Notes: a model not told the origin generated them from the sequence alone. 64,000 nt of DNA from Octopus sinensis (GCF_006345805.1 NC_043004.1:46934001-46998000), one strand, 5' to 3'. Counted from the first letter of the stretch, positions 1 to 13,034 are shown. A program made the numbers and translations.

Positions 1-66
<66 letters not shown>
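1..66. repeat. (TA)n-(GT)n compound microsatellite
   Basis: Pure dinucleotide runs read directly. Confidence 0.95.
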
Positions 67-76
<10 letters not shown>

Positions 77-640
77 ATGTATATGAATATCTGTTTATAT
101 ACGTGTCAGTCCGGGTGTGTTTTTGTGTGTTTGTGAATGCGTATCTTTATATGTTTGGACATATATCTGTGTGACTGTTGGGACATTATACAGAGAAAAC
201 AATTGGGAGAAGTATGGCATAGATTGAACGGAAAGAATTAATATGCCAGACTGAACAATTTGCTTGACTATAGTCTAAATTGTATTACAGATATACAACT
301 TACTTTTTATTTTTGCTTTTTCGAAACAATACTACTATTCAATTAGTTTCTTGGGAATCAAACTGAAATTAACAATTGACACGCACCCAAATATTTCAAT
401 CTATATCACGGTGTCTGTTTTTGGCTTTCCTTTGTACATTTCCAGTCATGAAGAATGGACACTAGTTCTTGCGCAATGTTAAATATAAGTGTATTATACC
501 ACGCTGTTCTATTTCTACAACATTAATTACAAATACGTATTCACGTTAATCTATGTATCTTTCTATCTCTCAACCTTTTTACTATCTTTCTCTCTTTCGC
601 TCTCTTTCACTCCCTCTCTCTTTCTCTCTGCCTCTGTTTA

Positions 641-666
641 TCCGCCTCTCTCTCTCTCTCTCTCTG

Positions 667-737
<71 letters not shown>

Positions 738-855
738 ATATACAAACATTTATATATGTGTATGTGTTCGTGAATGTATGTATGCATGTATGTACATTTA
801 CACACACACTCGTACACACATATGAATATATGTATATATATTATATAAATATATA

Positions 856-903
<48 letters not shown>
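641..903. repeat. (CT)n/(TA)n microsatellite complex
   Basis: Direct reading; source of the YIYIY and SLSL ORFs. Confidence 0.95.
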
Positions 904-905
<2 letters not shown>

Positions 906-1654
906 CATATAAAATGCATACACGATTATTTAGTACGTTTAAAATTTAGATTGCGTGACAAATCACGAATATTTAGAACTACGTATGTATTCCTGTATAT
1001 CCAAACGTAAAACTGCTAGGGAAGTTGTGTAGATTTATTTTACTCATATGTATGTGTTGGATATACGAGCAGGCGCCTGTATGAGAGAGAAAGAGTATGT
1101 GTGCGTGTGGGTCTGTGTATATATGTGTGTGTTTACGAAACCAGATATAAAGAAATATTATATGCTCTTTATTTATTATCTATTCATGAAATTCTATACA
1201 ATCTACGATATTGTAGATGGGACTGTTTTGTATATTACCATATTACTTTCTCCATTGTATAGATGCTTAAGAGTTGCGTGAGATTTACCTTATTTTGAAT
1301 TCTTACTGGCAACTTGTAATTTCATTATGCTTTTAACCACATTATAATTTCATCTGATATATTATGCTATTTACTTGAAGCAAAAAAAAAATACTTCTAG
1401 TACTGAAATTTTTCCCGTTGTTGGTAGTAATAGATGTCAACGATTGTCTAAGCGTTTATAAATGTATATATTTGATAGGTTCAGTATTCCGTCCAGCATA
1501 ACATATTTCAGTCTGCTCTGCTATATTATCATATTTAGTAGCTTCGTATATGCTCATCTCATTTATGTTGCATGATATCACGTTACGTTTGTTCGTTATT
1601 CCTTCTCAGTGGACACTAGTTCTTGCGCAATGTTAAATATAAGTGTATTATACC

Positions 1655-1862
1655 GGCATCTGCACGGGGGTCACTTCTCGGAACCGTTTCGGATTACCCG
1701 AACTGTCCGTCAACGTAGCCCCCTCTCCTCTCTCCTGTACATATTGACTCTTGAGCCTTTACTGCGGAAGCTGGAGCTGCTGTGACGCATCCCGCTCGAT
1801 TAGGACGCAGAATTGGTAGGCATATCATAGGAAGAAGATGAGAAGTTGATGGGAGCAAATCT
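1655..1862 (+). mobile_element. Duplicate fragment of the RT region of the Tx1-like LINE at 5525-5740
   Basis: About 200 bp colinear with 5525-5740, with scattered substitutions and a short deletion near its 5' end. Confidence 0.85.
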
Positions 1863-3102
1863 TAACCTCTATGAAGAACTGTATCGAAAAAGCTTCACAC
1901 ATAATATATATTATTTTCTGAAATTTTAGATTCTATTTCATTTATTTTCATTCGATGATTCACATTTTGAAAGTCTTTGTCCCCGTATTACCTCCTTTGT
2001 AGTAGGAAATTTCAGTTACGTTTTTCTGTATCTTCTTTACTAAGTAGATCAGATCTCCTTTCCTTTTAGTTTTTTTTTTTGTACTTCTTTAGAAGTTTTT
2101 GTACATCACAGTTTTAGTGCTAATCGGTGAACGACAATCACAAAAGTGGATGGAGACTGAGGTGTGTCTATTGTGATATTTGGCATTTCAAGCTTTGTTG
2201 ATTGTTTCATGATTAAGGCCTGTGGCGATAAGAATATTACAGGAAAGGGCAGAAGAAGAGCTCTCTAGAAAACTGTTGAGGTGGCAGAGAAATTATCTAG
2301 GAGTATCTAATGACAAAGAGGTTCTCGGTGGTGATCTGGTGCCAGTGGACTGTCGCTTGGAAAGAGGCCATATTTAATTGAGTTAGGACTTGTAGCCTTG
2401 ATGAACATGTATGCTATACGACCTGAAACTCCAAGTCACTCATAAAATTATGCTTTAAATATTTTCATATTTTGATAATGTGCCTTCATTGTTTTTAATG
2501 TTACATATTCTCATTTTTATGGTTTGTTTTGTCTGCACAACGAAAGGAATCACTCTGTGTGCTGCTTCTGTATAGTATGTCCTGCTATTTGTTTGTTTTT
2601 CATTTGTGTAGTCTGTGTGTGTATGTGTGTGTGTGAGTGTGTGTGTGTGTATTGAAAGTGCTCTACGTAATATGTGTGTAATGTTTAGTACTAGTCTTTC
2701 ATGTGCTTTATGCATATTTCTAATTTCAAGAGATTTGGCTGATTTGGCAGTTTATAAAAGAAGCATCGAAAAACACACTCCAATATCAGCCAGCAGTCAT
2801 CTTACAATGTTTATTCTTCTGTCTTCAACAAATATACCACTCTATGCAGACAGAATCCCATTAATAACTGTATTCTTAAGGTACCATTTCCTGTCATTTC
2901 AACGCTAGAAAATTTGACTTTTACTAATGCACTGAAGATGTCTTCCATGCTCTTTGTCAGAGAGCTTACAGTCATCGCCGAGTATATGACTAATACTTTC
3001 ATCAAAATTTTCATACATTTTCAGTTTGGTGTCTGACTGGAAGAAGTTTTACTTAAACTGTTGTTTTCTATTCATGTTATTATTTTTATTAATATTTACT
3101 AT

Positions 3103-3131
3103 TATTATTATTATCATTGTTGTTGTTGTTG

Positions 3132-3186
<55 letters not shown>

Positions 3187-3203
3187 CATCATCATTATTA
3201 TTA
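3103..3203. repeat. (TTA)n/(TTG)n trinucleotide microsatellite
   Basis: Direct reading. Confidence 0.95.
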
Positions 3204-3207
3204 ATAC

Positions 3208-3500
3208 TAAGGCGGTGAACTGGTAGAATCATTAGCACGCCGGGTAAAATGCTTGGCGGTATTTCGTCTGCTGCTACGTTCTGAGTTCAAATTCCGCCGA
3301 TGTCGACTTTGCATTTCATCATTTCGGGGTTGATTAAATAAGTACCAGTTACGCACTGGGGTCGATATAATCGACTTATTCCGTGTGTCTGTCCTTGTTT
3401 GTTCCCTCTGTGTTTTGCCCCATGTGGGTAATAAAGAAATAGGTATTTCGTCTGTCTTAGCTTTCTCTGTTTAAATTCCACCGTGGTCAACCTTGCCTAT
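3208..3500 (+). mobile_element. tRNA-derived SINE, family with head taaggcggcgagctggcagaa and body gtcgactttgcctttcatcctttcggggtcgat
   Basis: A-box-like head and B-box gagttcaaat. Homologous copies at 3625-3712, 10903-11063, 23405-23567(-), 35312-35500, 38825-38950, 57800-57945 and 63541-63760(-). Confidence 0.85.
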
Positions 3501-4159
3501 CATTATTTTGAGGTCAATGAAGTATTAGCCGAATACTAGGTCCATGTAATCAGCATGCCCCTGACCTAAAATTGCCGGATTCGTGTCAAAATTTGAAATC
3601 ATTTTTCATACTACTACAACTACTAACATGGCGAGCTGGCAGAATCGTTACTGCGCTGGAAAACAAGATTACTGTCATTTCGTCCGTCTTTATGTCCCGA
3701 GTTCAAATACCAAAGATGCCAAAATTTAGAACCTTTATTATTATTATTATTATTATTATTATAATTATTATTATTATTATTATTATTATATTTGCTGCCG
3801 AACACATCGAACGGATTTTCGAACGCTCCAAGTAAGTTCAGATCAAAATATCTATTTACACCAGGATTGTTGTCTTTTTACAATAATTATTTTATTCCAA
3901 ATTATGAATAGAAACACCAGGAATCTGTTACTGATCTACTCTGGTTGTTTACTCCCCAGAGGGGCGATATTCGGCCCACCAAACAATTTGGGTGGGCGGT
4001 TAACAGAATTGAAATAAACACAACTGAACAAGATGGCAGAATGCGCCTCGAAAGAGTTGAGTAAAACGAATACAACCCCTCCCATAAATATAACAACTGC
4101 TGAAGACTCACACCTTCCTCCCGTAACTGGCAACAATACAGAAGAAGGGGAACAGAAAT

Positions 4160-6440
4160 CCGAGACAGGGGACTGGGCTGGAAACTTAGGTCAACGCTGG
4201 GATTGTGTGGGAATAGTTGACAGAAAAGGGGCTGCAAAAGCTTCAAGCACCTGATCAGCCAGTTCCAGATGTCTGACAAGTACCGACGAGATTTCCTTAA
4301 TGTGGCAGTGCGGACCTGAACCAAACACTTTGTTTCATCTAAAACGAATATACATAGGATTTTCATTAGGAAAATGGATAATAATAGTGTAGTATTCTAC
4401 CTTTTAAAACGGTTGCATAAGTCTATAATCTGTACGGTCGATCTACATCAGACGCGTAGGTTAGGACCCGGGAACTGGAAGCTGAACATTTCATTTCTGG
4501 CTCGTAAGGTTTACAGCGACCAGGTAAGCAATTTAGTTAAACAAAAAATGACAGGGGTGGGGTCGTCAATAACAGGTGGTGGGTGACTCCCAAAAGAGAG
4601 ATTAGAGTAATATTGATAGGGCTTAACAAAGAAATAGTGTTTAAAAAATTGAAAGGAGGTGGTGTTATTAGCTAAACTAAACTATTTGTAGTGGTATCGA
4701 CACCGACGTGTTAGCAGCGAGATTATTATTAGACCAGTTCTTCAATGCGAACCTGAAGGTTGTATTGTCAGAGCTAAGGCGCGTTCTGTAAGAAGCGAAG
4801 GAATCAAAGCTGCTCGATGGTCTCAAGTGACGGAGGCGGTTGTGATAACAAAACAACAATTTAGACTTTGACGGACATAGATGGACACGAGCTGAGCGAT
4901 ATCAAGCAGATGTGTGAAGTCTTTCGCCGAGGCTTTCTTCGATTGTTCAGATAGTGTGGCGTGGTGGAGATGATCGCGGCCTTCAGTACGTACGTCGAAG
5001 GCTTGCCGCGTCTCTCGACAGTAGACGCTAGGCGAGGCGCAATTCACCTGCTTTAGATTGTCTGCCCTATGAACTTTGCGTAAATATGCCAGACTTGTTC
5101 TCCTATCTCCTCGAAGTGCTCTACTGCAACTAGCAGCAGAACGGGATTATACCCAGTTACGTGAGCCGGGGCGTAGTGACGCTGATAAGGAAATACGATG
5201 ACAAAATGACACATTAGATAACTTCATATTCATAACTCTGCATATCATGGAGTTTACGATTTTGGCCAAGGTTTTCGCAAAGAGGTAGGCCCTTGTCGTC
5301 GAGGATTTGGTGGGGGAGTCACAAAGCTGCGCAATCCCGACTAGGTGCATACACGACAACCTCCACCTCATGCGATACACATTAGAAAGGCAGTATGGTA
5401 ACTTGGGTTCGGTGGGGGTTGATCAATCGAATGCATTCGATAGGGTCAACCGTCGATATCTAAAGGCTTTCCTGAAAGCTGCTGGCTTCGACCCCGTCTT
5501 CAGAGGATCACTACAATGCACAGCGGCATCTGCACGGTAGTCAAAATTAATGGCCACTTCTTGAACCGTTTCGGATTGCCCGAACTGTCCGTCAACGTTA
5601 CCCTCTCTCCTCTCTTCTGTACATATTGACTCTTGAGCCTTTACTGCGGAAGCTGGAGCTGCTGAAGCGCATCCCGCTCGATTAGGGCGCAGAATTGGTA
5701 GGCATATCATAGGAAGAAGACGAGAAGTTGTTGGGAGAAAATCATAACCCGAAAATGTCGATGGGCTTGCAACTAGCCGGAATCGTTAAGCGCTGGACAG
5801 AAGTACCGGTAAAGTTGCTCTGGGTTTGGTTCAGACCAGACCTCCACGGGGATAAGATTTGGGATGAGGTGACGAGCAGGGTAGCTAGCCTCACCCAGAT
5901 GCTGCGGCATCTTCAGATATTCTGCCTAAACGTTGCACAGGTGTGGTCACCGTTTGTTTGACAGGCTTGTTTGACACAGCTTGTCTTATTGACTGAGCTG
6001 CAGACGTAGTTCAAGAGACTGAAGCAGGTTGATTGACATCTGGATCGTTGCCAGGCACTCACTGTCCTCTACATGTCGGGAAATGCGATTAGTGGAGCAT
6101 CTACTCTTGAGTTCTATAGAGGGTTAGTGGAGGGGAAGAGTGACAACGCACTTGGAGAAGCTACGCGTTGACGAAGTCGTACTGACCGGTCTGCTAGGAG
6201 AACTTTCGAGAAGATGGCGATGGATAACTTCAAGAAATCTCTAGCTTTGCGGAGCTACTGTGATGTGGTGGGAGCTCTGTCGGTTCGAGATAAAATCTAC
6301 AGCAGGGAAGTGCTGTCAGACGGACCTTCCCGAGATGTGCGCAGAGCGACAAAACCGATATGCGTGCACTCGTCCAATGTCCTTGCATTACTGACTTGTG
6401 GAATTATGTTGAACAGCTGTTATCACGTATAGGACGTATC
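4160..6440 (+). mobile_element. Decayed Tx1/L1-clade LINE ORF2 (AP endonuclease, RT, CCHC knuckle)
   Basis: Frameshifted peptides: GDW..LISQFQM..HRIFIRK and GPGNWKLNISFL (EN and linker); ILAKVFAKR, SQSCAIPTRCIHDNLHL, DQSNAFDRVNRRYL, VRQRYPLSSLLYILTLEPLLRKL (RT); PVKLLWVWF..WDEV; PRCAQSDKT..ALVQCP (knuckle). The YADD region is deleted. Confidence 0.9.
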
Positions 6441-6523
6441 CAGCTATCGGCGAGTCCATAGTGAAGATCGAACCGCCGCCTTCCATCGGTCCGGAAATGC
6501 AGGCAATTTTCCTGTGTGTGATA

Positions 6524-6524
6524 G

Positions 6525-6579
<55 letters not shown>

Positions 6580-6580
6580 G

Positions 6581-6612
<32 letters not shown>

Positions 6613-6721
6613 ACTACTACAACTACTACTACTACTACTACTGCTACTACTGCTGCTACTGCTGCTGCTGCTGCTACTACTACTACTACTACTACTACTA
6701 CTGCTGCTGCTACTACTGCTA

Positions 6722-6760
<39 letters not shown>
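6524..6760. repeat. (CTA)n/(CTG)n compound trinucleotide repeat
   Basis: Direct reading; explains the polyL, polyT and polyV ORFs. Confidence 0.95.
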
Positions 6761-7135
6761 ATGAAACGATACCATTGTTTTTATTGTCGCATATATCACA
6801 GACTGATGATAAGTTACTTGGTTTTCGCTTTTCTTTCCTCATTTCGGTTGTTTTCTTTTTTTAAAATTTAAACTGGTTAAGTGTGGTCTCCCATGAATGG
6901 TAATGCCAATTATGATTCATCCATGCGCTTATATTGTTTTCCTTTCTAACTTATCGACATATATAACAGAGTATTGTGGTTATCTTTGACATACCGTTTT
7001 GATGTCGATATCTACTACTATTTATGTACATCCGTTCTCTCGTTCTTTTAATTGAATTGGTTGTAATTATATCTTAAGTATATTAATTTTATTTTTAGTT
7101 GTAACTGACAGTATTATGTCTGTAATATATATATG

Positions 7136-7281
7136 TAGGTGTGGTAAGAAGCTTGCTTTCCGACCACTTAGTTGCGGGTTCATTCCCGCTTCGCGAGGCA
7201 TGTGTCTTTTACGTTAGTACTGAACAAACCGAAGACTTGTGATTACATTTTGGTAGAAGGTTACTATAAGAAGACGGCCGC

Positions 7282-7283
<2 letters not shown>
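7136..7283 (+). mobile_element. Degenerate 5' part of the SINE family seen intact at 27410-27823
   Basis: gtgtggtaagaagcttgctt..gggttcattccc matches the head of that family. Confidence 0.6.
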
Positions 7284-7316
<33 letters not shown>

Positions 7317-7319
<3 letters not shown>

Positions 7320-7506
7320 AGAGTTTACGAAAAAACAAAAGACGAAGGCAGGTGGTATACAATACAAACAGATGTATTAGTATAACGTTCAGGTATTAAA
7401 AAAAATCGTTTATGTTTCGAGCCTACGCTCTTCTACAGAAAGGGACACAGAAAAAACACGGAGAGAAAAAAAATGTGTGTAGTGGCTAACGATCTATCAT
7501 GGCGAC
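7317..7506 (-). mobile_element. Short (TA)n-adjacent repeat, Penelope pseudo-LTR-like, with a variant hammerhead motif
   Basis: Second copy at 30766-30924. The minus strand reads ctttCTGTAGAagagcgtaggctcGAAACATAaac. PLE origin is inference. Confidence 0.55.
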
Positions 7507-7751
7507 TAGTATACCATTTTCTCTCCATGTCTCTCTAAGACAACTCTATGACATCTCTAATTCACACCTACCAAAACAAAAGTAAAATCATCCGGCTGAT
7601 AATACAATATATAAGACCTGGATAACCGAAGTTATGCGCAGTCGCATGGCGTGGAGGGGATTGCAGCTGCATTATACATCTCCGCTTTTACTTTCTTTAT
7701 TAACAATGAATTTCTTTTATTCACCCCACCGCCTTCTTTAATATATATATA

Positions 7752-7811
<60 letters not shown>

Positions 7812-8064
7812 AACGTACACACAGATACACTCACACACAAACATAAATGTATAATTATATATATATTTCCCCTGTTTTGGATATGCCTTTATCATTGTTT
7901 TTGTATGTATAATTGTAAGAAAAATATTTTGCTGTTGAAGCAACCAGTAACACATTCACGTTTGAGCTTGAAAACTGCTACTTGAAGCTTGAAATTCATA
8001 TCAGTGTAACTCACTATAAACGCTGTAATAATTTTTTTTTTAAATCCACTAATTCTATCATTCA

Positions 8065-8103
<39 letters not shown>

Positions 8104-8206
8104 GTGTGGTGTGTGTGTGTGTGTATATATATTTATATTTATATATATATATATAAAATATACGTGTGTATGTGTGTGTGCGTGCGTATGTGTTTATATC
8201 AGTATA

Positions 8207-8577
8207 GGAGGCGCAATGACCCAGTGGTTAGGGCAGCGGACTTGCGGTCATAGGATCGCGGTTTCGATTCCCAGACCGGGCGTTGTGAGTGTTTATTGAG
8301 CGAAAACACCACGATGCTCCGGCAGGGGATAGTGGTGATCCCTGCTGTACTCTTTCACCGCAACTTTCTCTCACTCTTACTTCCTGTTTCTGTTGTACCT
8401 TTCTTTCAAAGGGCCGGCCTTGTCACTCTCTGTGTCACGCTGAATATCCCCGAGAACTACGTTAAGGGTACACGTGTCTGTGGAGTGCTCAGCCACTTAC
8501 ACGTTAATTTCACGAGCAGGCTGTTTCGTTGATTCGGATCAAACGGAACCCTCGTCGTCGTAACCGACGGAGTGCTT
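8207..8577 (+). mobile_element. Full-length tRNA-derived SINE (head A, tail X)
   Basis: Head ggaggcgcaatgacccagtggttagggcagcggac..gtttcgattccc with A/B boxes, shared with 23684 and 42680. Tail shared with 48189-48489. Confidence 0.9.
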
Positions 8578-9117
8578 CCCTTCATATCAGTATGCATACG
8601 ACCAAATATTCTTTTCAACTCCGTACATATTGTTATCTCCACTGCAACCGTGTGTTCTACTTGCTGATGATCATACTGATGTTATGAACACCTACAATAT
8701 TTCTATTACTACGGTTATTTCTACCCCACCTAGTGTTCCGTATTCTTTCAATGATGTATGAAGCTGATCATGATTGCATCATTGTGTAAACCTGTTTCTC
8801 ACTCAATAAATGTTAATTACTTAACTTTAGCCATGTGAAGTTTAGGTTTTCAAAGGATTGCAATGATTGCTATTTTCGCAATAATTTAATTTAGACTCAT
8901 CTGCATTTACATGTTCGCGCACATGGAGTCATTCAAATAAGTCTTTATCACAAATACGACAATGGAAATGTGGGAATAAAACAAAAGAACAACGAATGAA
9001 AGTACCACATTGATCTCAGAGATCTAACAGAAATGATATGAAAAACATGTTTGTGAAGTTCACACCTATATGCATAAAGGCACGAGGCATATTAATATTC
9101 ATCCACTGTATTTGGAG

Positions 9118-9182
<65 letters not shown>

Positions 9183-9504
9183 ATTTGTTATTCTTTGAAA
9201 TGGTTTTTCTATAAGGTTTAGCACGGCTGTCATGTATGTAATATAGATAAATTATTGTTTTTAACACGTACGTGACGGAACGTTTAGAAACAAGAATATC
9301 CTCAGTGATATTCTCGTGCCATATATGTGGTTTCAAGTTTTTAATTTTAAAGAGTAAGTCAGAAAATCGTTATGTAAGTTATCATAATGAAATGAATTGT
9401 TGACATGCATGACTGTTGTGCTTACATGTATATATTACACGTACACACACGCACACTCGCACAAACACACACACACACAAACACACACACATACACACAC
9501 ACAC

Positions 9505-9539
<35 letters not shown>

Positions 9540-9617
9540 TTCAGCAAAATTTAGATTCAAATGAATATGGTACTTAAGTTAGATGCACCATAAGTTATTA
9601 TAAATCCATGGGGTGAT

Positions 9618-9831
9618 TATAATCAAAATAAGCAACAAGAATATCTTCGGGAATTTGGTACGATCGTTTCACGCTACATCATTTTATTAAACATTGTAAA
9701 TATTACAGCAGTTTTAAAATGTTGAGCACTCATCATTTTAGAACTCCTGTAATACTTAGAATGCTTAATAAAATCATGTAGCGTGAAACGATCGTACCAA
9801 ATTACTGAAGATATTATTGTTGCTTATCTTG

Positions 9832-9837
<6 letters not shown>
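9618..9837. repeat. Near-perfect 220-bp palindrome within a dispersed repeat starting at about 9538
   Basis: 9618-9725 is the reverse complement of 9728-9837 with scattered mismatches. A related single arm lies at 63772-63900. Confidence 0.85.
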
Positions 9838-9878
<41 letters not shown>

Positions 9879-10064
9879 TATATATATAATATATATATAT
9901 ATAAAATACAAAAACGGGACAAGAGCGTAAAACATCCAGACAGCTAGGTGATACAAAACATGCAGACATACGATACAAAGAATGCAAGGACGGTTCATTC
10001 GGAGTTGTCCCTACACAGTCGAGCTCCAGGTTATCTTTGCAATTTCGGCTGGTTATATTCGAGA

Positions 10065-10110
10065 TTGCTCCAATCTGGTAAGCCCCAAGGAGAAACTAGT
10101 CTAAGAGTAT
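10065..10110 (+). ncRNA. Decayed type I hammerhead-like motif
   Basis: CTGGTAA-gccccaagga-GAA-ACTAGT-C. Palindromic stem III and GUC site are present; the core is mutated and stem I is weak. Confidence 0.4.
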
Positions 10111-10251
10111 TAGATTCTTTAGAAGAAAATAGCGGATATATACAAAAATAATGACGGGAAAAAACTGAGAAATGGTACACACACACAAATATATATATAT
10201 AAGTACGTATACATACACACGCGCACAAGCATACATACACACGCATCACTT

Positions 10252-10259
<8 letters not shown>

Positions 10260-10304
<45 letters not shown>

Positions 10305-10314
10305 TATAGATAGG

Positions 10315-10356
<42 letters not shown>

Positions 10357-10402
10357 TATATATATAGATAGATAGACAGATATATATATTATATATATAT
10401 AT

Positions 10403-10435
<33 letters not shown>

Positions 10436-10438
10436 CAG

Positions 10439-10471
<33 letters not shown>

Positions 10472-10480
10472 TATAGATAG

Positions 10481-10511
<31 letters not shown>

Positions 10512-10576
10512 GATAGACAGATATATATATATATAGATATATATATATATAGATAGATAGATAGATAGGTAGATAG

Positions 10577-10667
<91 letters not shown>

Positions 10668-10670
10668 TAG
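10260..10670. repeat. (GATA)n/(TA)n microsatellite
   Basis: Direct reading; explains the YLSI ORFs. Confidence 0.95.
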
Positions 10671-10902
10671 ATAATGCACAAATACATACATACACATAAC
10701 ATAAGGATCCAAGTAAACTGGTAGTAATCATAAAAACATAAGGTATCATTCTACAAAACAGAATATACCTTAAGATACAAGAGAAAATGATCGAGAATTT
10801 TATGTAACAATTAGAAAAGTTTAATATCACGACAAATTGTTTTGAAATATTTTTTGCATTTTGCATTAATGCAATTATGTAAGAAATTTACTAATTATTA
10901 TA

Positions 10903-11063
10903 AGGTGGCGAGTTAGTCGAATCGTTAGCGCGCTGGACGAAATGATTAGCAGTATTTCTCCCGTCACTACGTTCTGAGTTCAAATACTACCCAAGTCGAC
11001 TTTCCCTTTCAACATTTCGGGGTTAATAAAATAAGTACTAGTTGAACACAGGGGTCGATGTAA
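10903..11063 (+). mobile_element. SINE, same family as 3208-3500, 3' truncated
   Basis: taaggtggcgagttag..gttctgagttcaaat..gtcgactttccctttc. Confidence 0.8.
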
Positions 11064-11121
11064 CAAAATTTGAAAGAATCATAAAACAAAATAATACACT
11101 ATATATATATTATAGTTATAT

Positions 11122-11161
<40 letters not shown>

Positions 11162-11163
<2 letters not shown>

Positions 11164-11310
11164 ACGGGCTTCTTTCAGTTTCCGTCTACCAAATCCACTC
11201 ACAAGGCTTTGTTTGGCCCTAGGCTATAGTAGAAGACACTTGCCCAATGTTCCACGCAGTGGGTCTGAACACGGAACCATGTTGTTCGTAAGCAAGCAAC
11301 TTACCACACA
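11162..11310 (-). mobile_element. SINE 5' half, family of 27410-27823
   Basis: Reverse complement matches the head and body (gtggtaagttgcttgc..gacggaaactgaaagaagcccg). Confidence 0.85.
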
Positions 11311-12049
11311 CACACAGCTAATAAGTTGAATTAAACTAGATAAAAGGGATTCAAACAGACAATAGTTGCTAGTGTTGTTCGTCTAGTTATAGGGGCGGGG
11401 AGAGAAGTAAATATACTCAACAAACACAAGGTACCCTTCACAACAGGCAAGCACAAATTCTTCCTCACTTAAATTCTTCCATAAATCTAAGTGCAATCTT
11501 ACCCCTATACATGGCGTATATTCCTCCATGGTCTTAGTCACATACCGTTGTATATCTTCTGTATCATTATTAATAACTTATTTAACAACTTGTAATTCCT
11601 TCATTTCTAACTATTAATTCTTTATATTTTAAAAAATTAGCCTCACAGACCCCCTAATTTTTTATTCCTAAATAATTTAGTTTAACAGTTAACTTGTTTC
11701 GCAATACACATTCACACTTTCCATCACCCATATCCCGCTAGCTAGGATTATATTTACAGCCACTGACCTTGACCGTAGCAGTGACGCCTAAACTTACTTC
11801 CTGCACCACCTCTATAACTCGAAGAACATCACTAGCCTCTAATGTCTGTTTGAATTCCTTTTATCTACTTTATTTACGTATTTATTTTATTTTACTTTAC
11901 TTTATCTTGTATTTCTTGCTTTATCTTTCTTTACCTTAATTCCTTTAATTATCTTTATCTTTCTGTTTATATTGTTCATTCTACTTTTATATTTTTTTAT
12001 TCTTCGGCAACGCTATGTCAGCTACTTTTCTCTCTGTAAATCTGACCAC

Positions 12050-12128
12050 CTTCTCTTCTTCTTCTCCTTCTTCTTCTTTTCTTCTCCTTCTTCTTCTTCT
12101 TCTTCTTCTTCTTCTTCTTCTTCTTCTT

Positions 12129-12224
<96 letters not shown>
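12050..12224. repeat. (TTC)n-(TTA)n compound microsatellite
   Basis: Direct reading. Confidence 0.95.
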
Positions 12225-12225
<1 letters not shown>

Positions 12226-12952
12226 TTTCTCTTTCTCCCTCAATATCATCTACCACTCTATTACGATACCTCTTTCTTTCTACTGCTTCTATATTTTTTG
12301 CCATTTTCTACTATTCACACTATCGTGCTATTATGAATCTTCAATATGGAAGTATTCTTCCAGAAGATCTACAACATGAGGAATATCATCTTACCTGGAT
12401 TCATATAAGATTGTATCTAAAGGCTCAAGGATTATCACTTGTACAATCGGAAACTTAAACTGTGAACATTTATTTATCTTTTTCCTTTTTCTCTTTTTTA
12501 TAAACCTCTCCATCATTTCCGTATTCTATATCCTCTCACTTTTTCACCATCTGTCTCCGATGGTGGGATATTCTACATGTGTTGGGAATATCCCAGAAAT
12601 ACTTGTAAGATTTTAAAATTGCTTAATAATTTTTAATAATAATAACATATAAGACCTGAGATGTCTTGCATTGGTGTTTATTTAACTTTTTAGCTAATTT
12701 CTAGTATATTATATTATATTATATTATATTATATTATATATATTATATTATCTATATATATATGTGTGTGTGCGTGTGCGTGTGTATATAGGGTGTTGCT
12801 TCAAATTTCCTGGGTTTTGTATTCTCCTCTCGAATTCACACATTTATTGCAGCGTTCCTCTAGATTTTCTAAGCCATGTACAATCATTCCAACCACGCCT
12901 TTCACTATATCCTTAAAACTATTTCAGCACCTACCTCGTACGCACACACACT

Positions 12953-13034
<82 letters not shown>

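Noticed and set aside
2395-2445. TTGATGA..GAAACtccaaGTC
   Set aside because: Unpaired 3-8 positions and no adjacent stem I.
2700-3090. Coding-like stretch, possible transposase relic
   Set aside because: No diagnostic motif recognised.
8207-8285. SINE heads as real tRNA genes
   Set aside because: They lack a complete cloverleaf and continue into SINE bodies.
9783-9802. GAAACGATCGTA palindrome resembling stem III
   Set aside because: No CUGANGA upstream; it is explained by the larger palindromic element.
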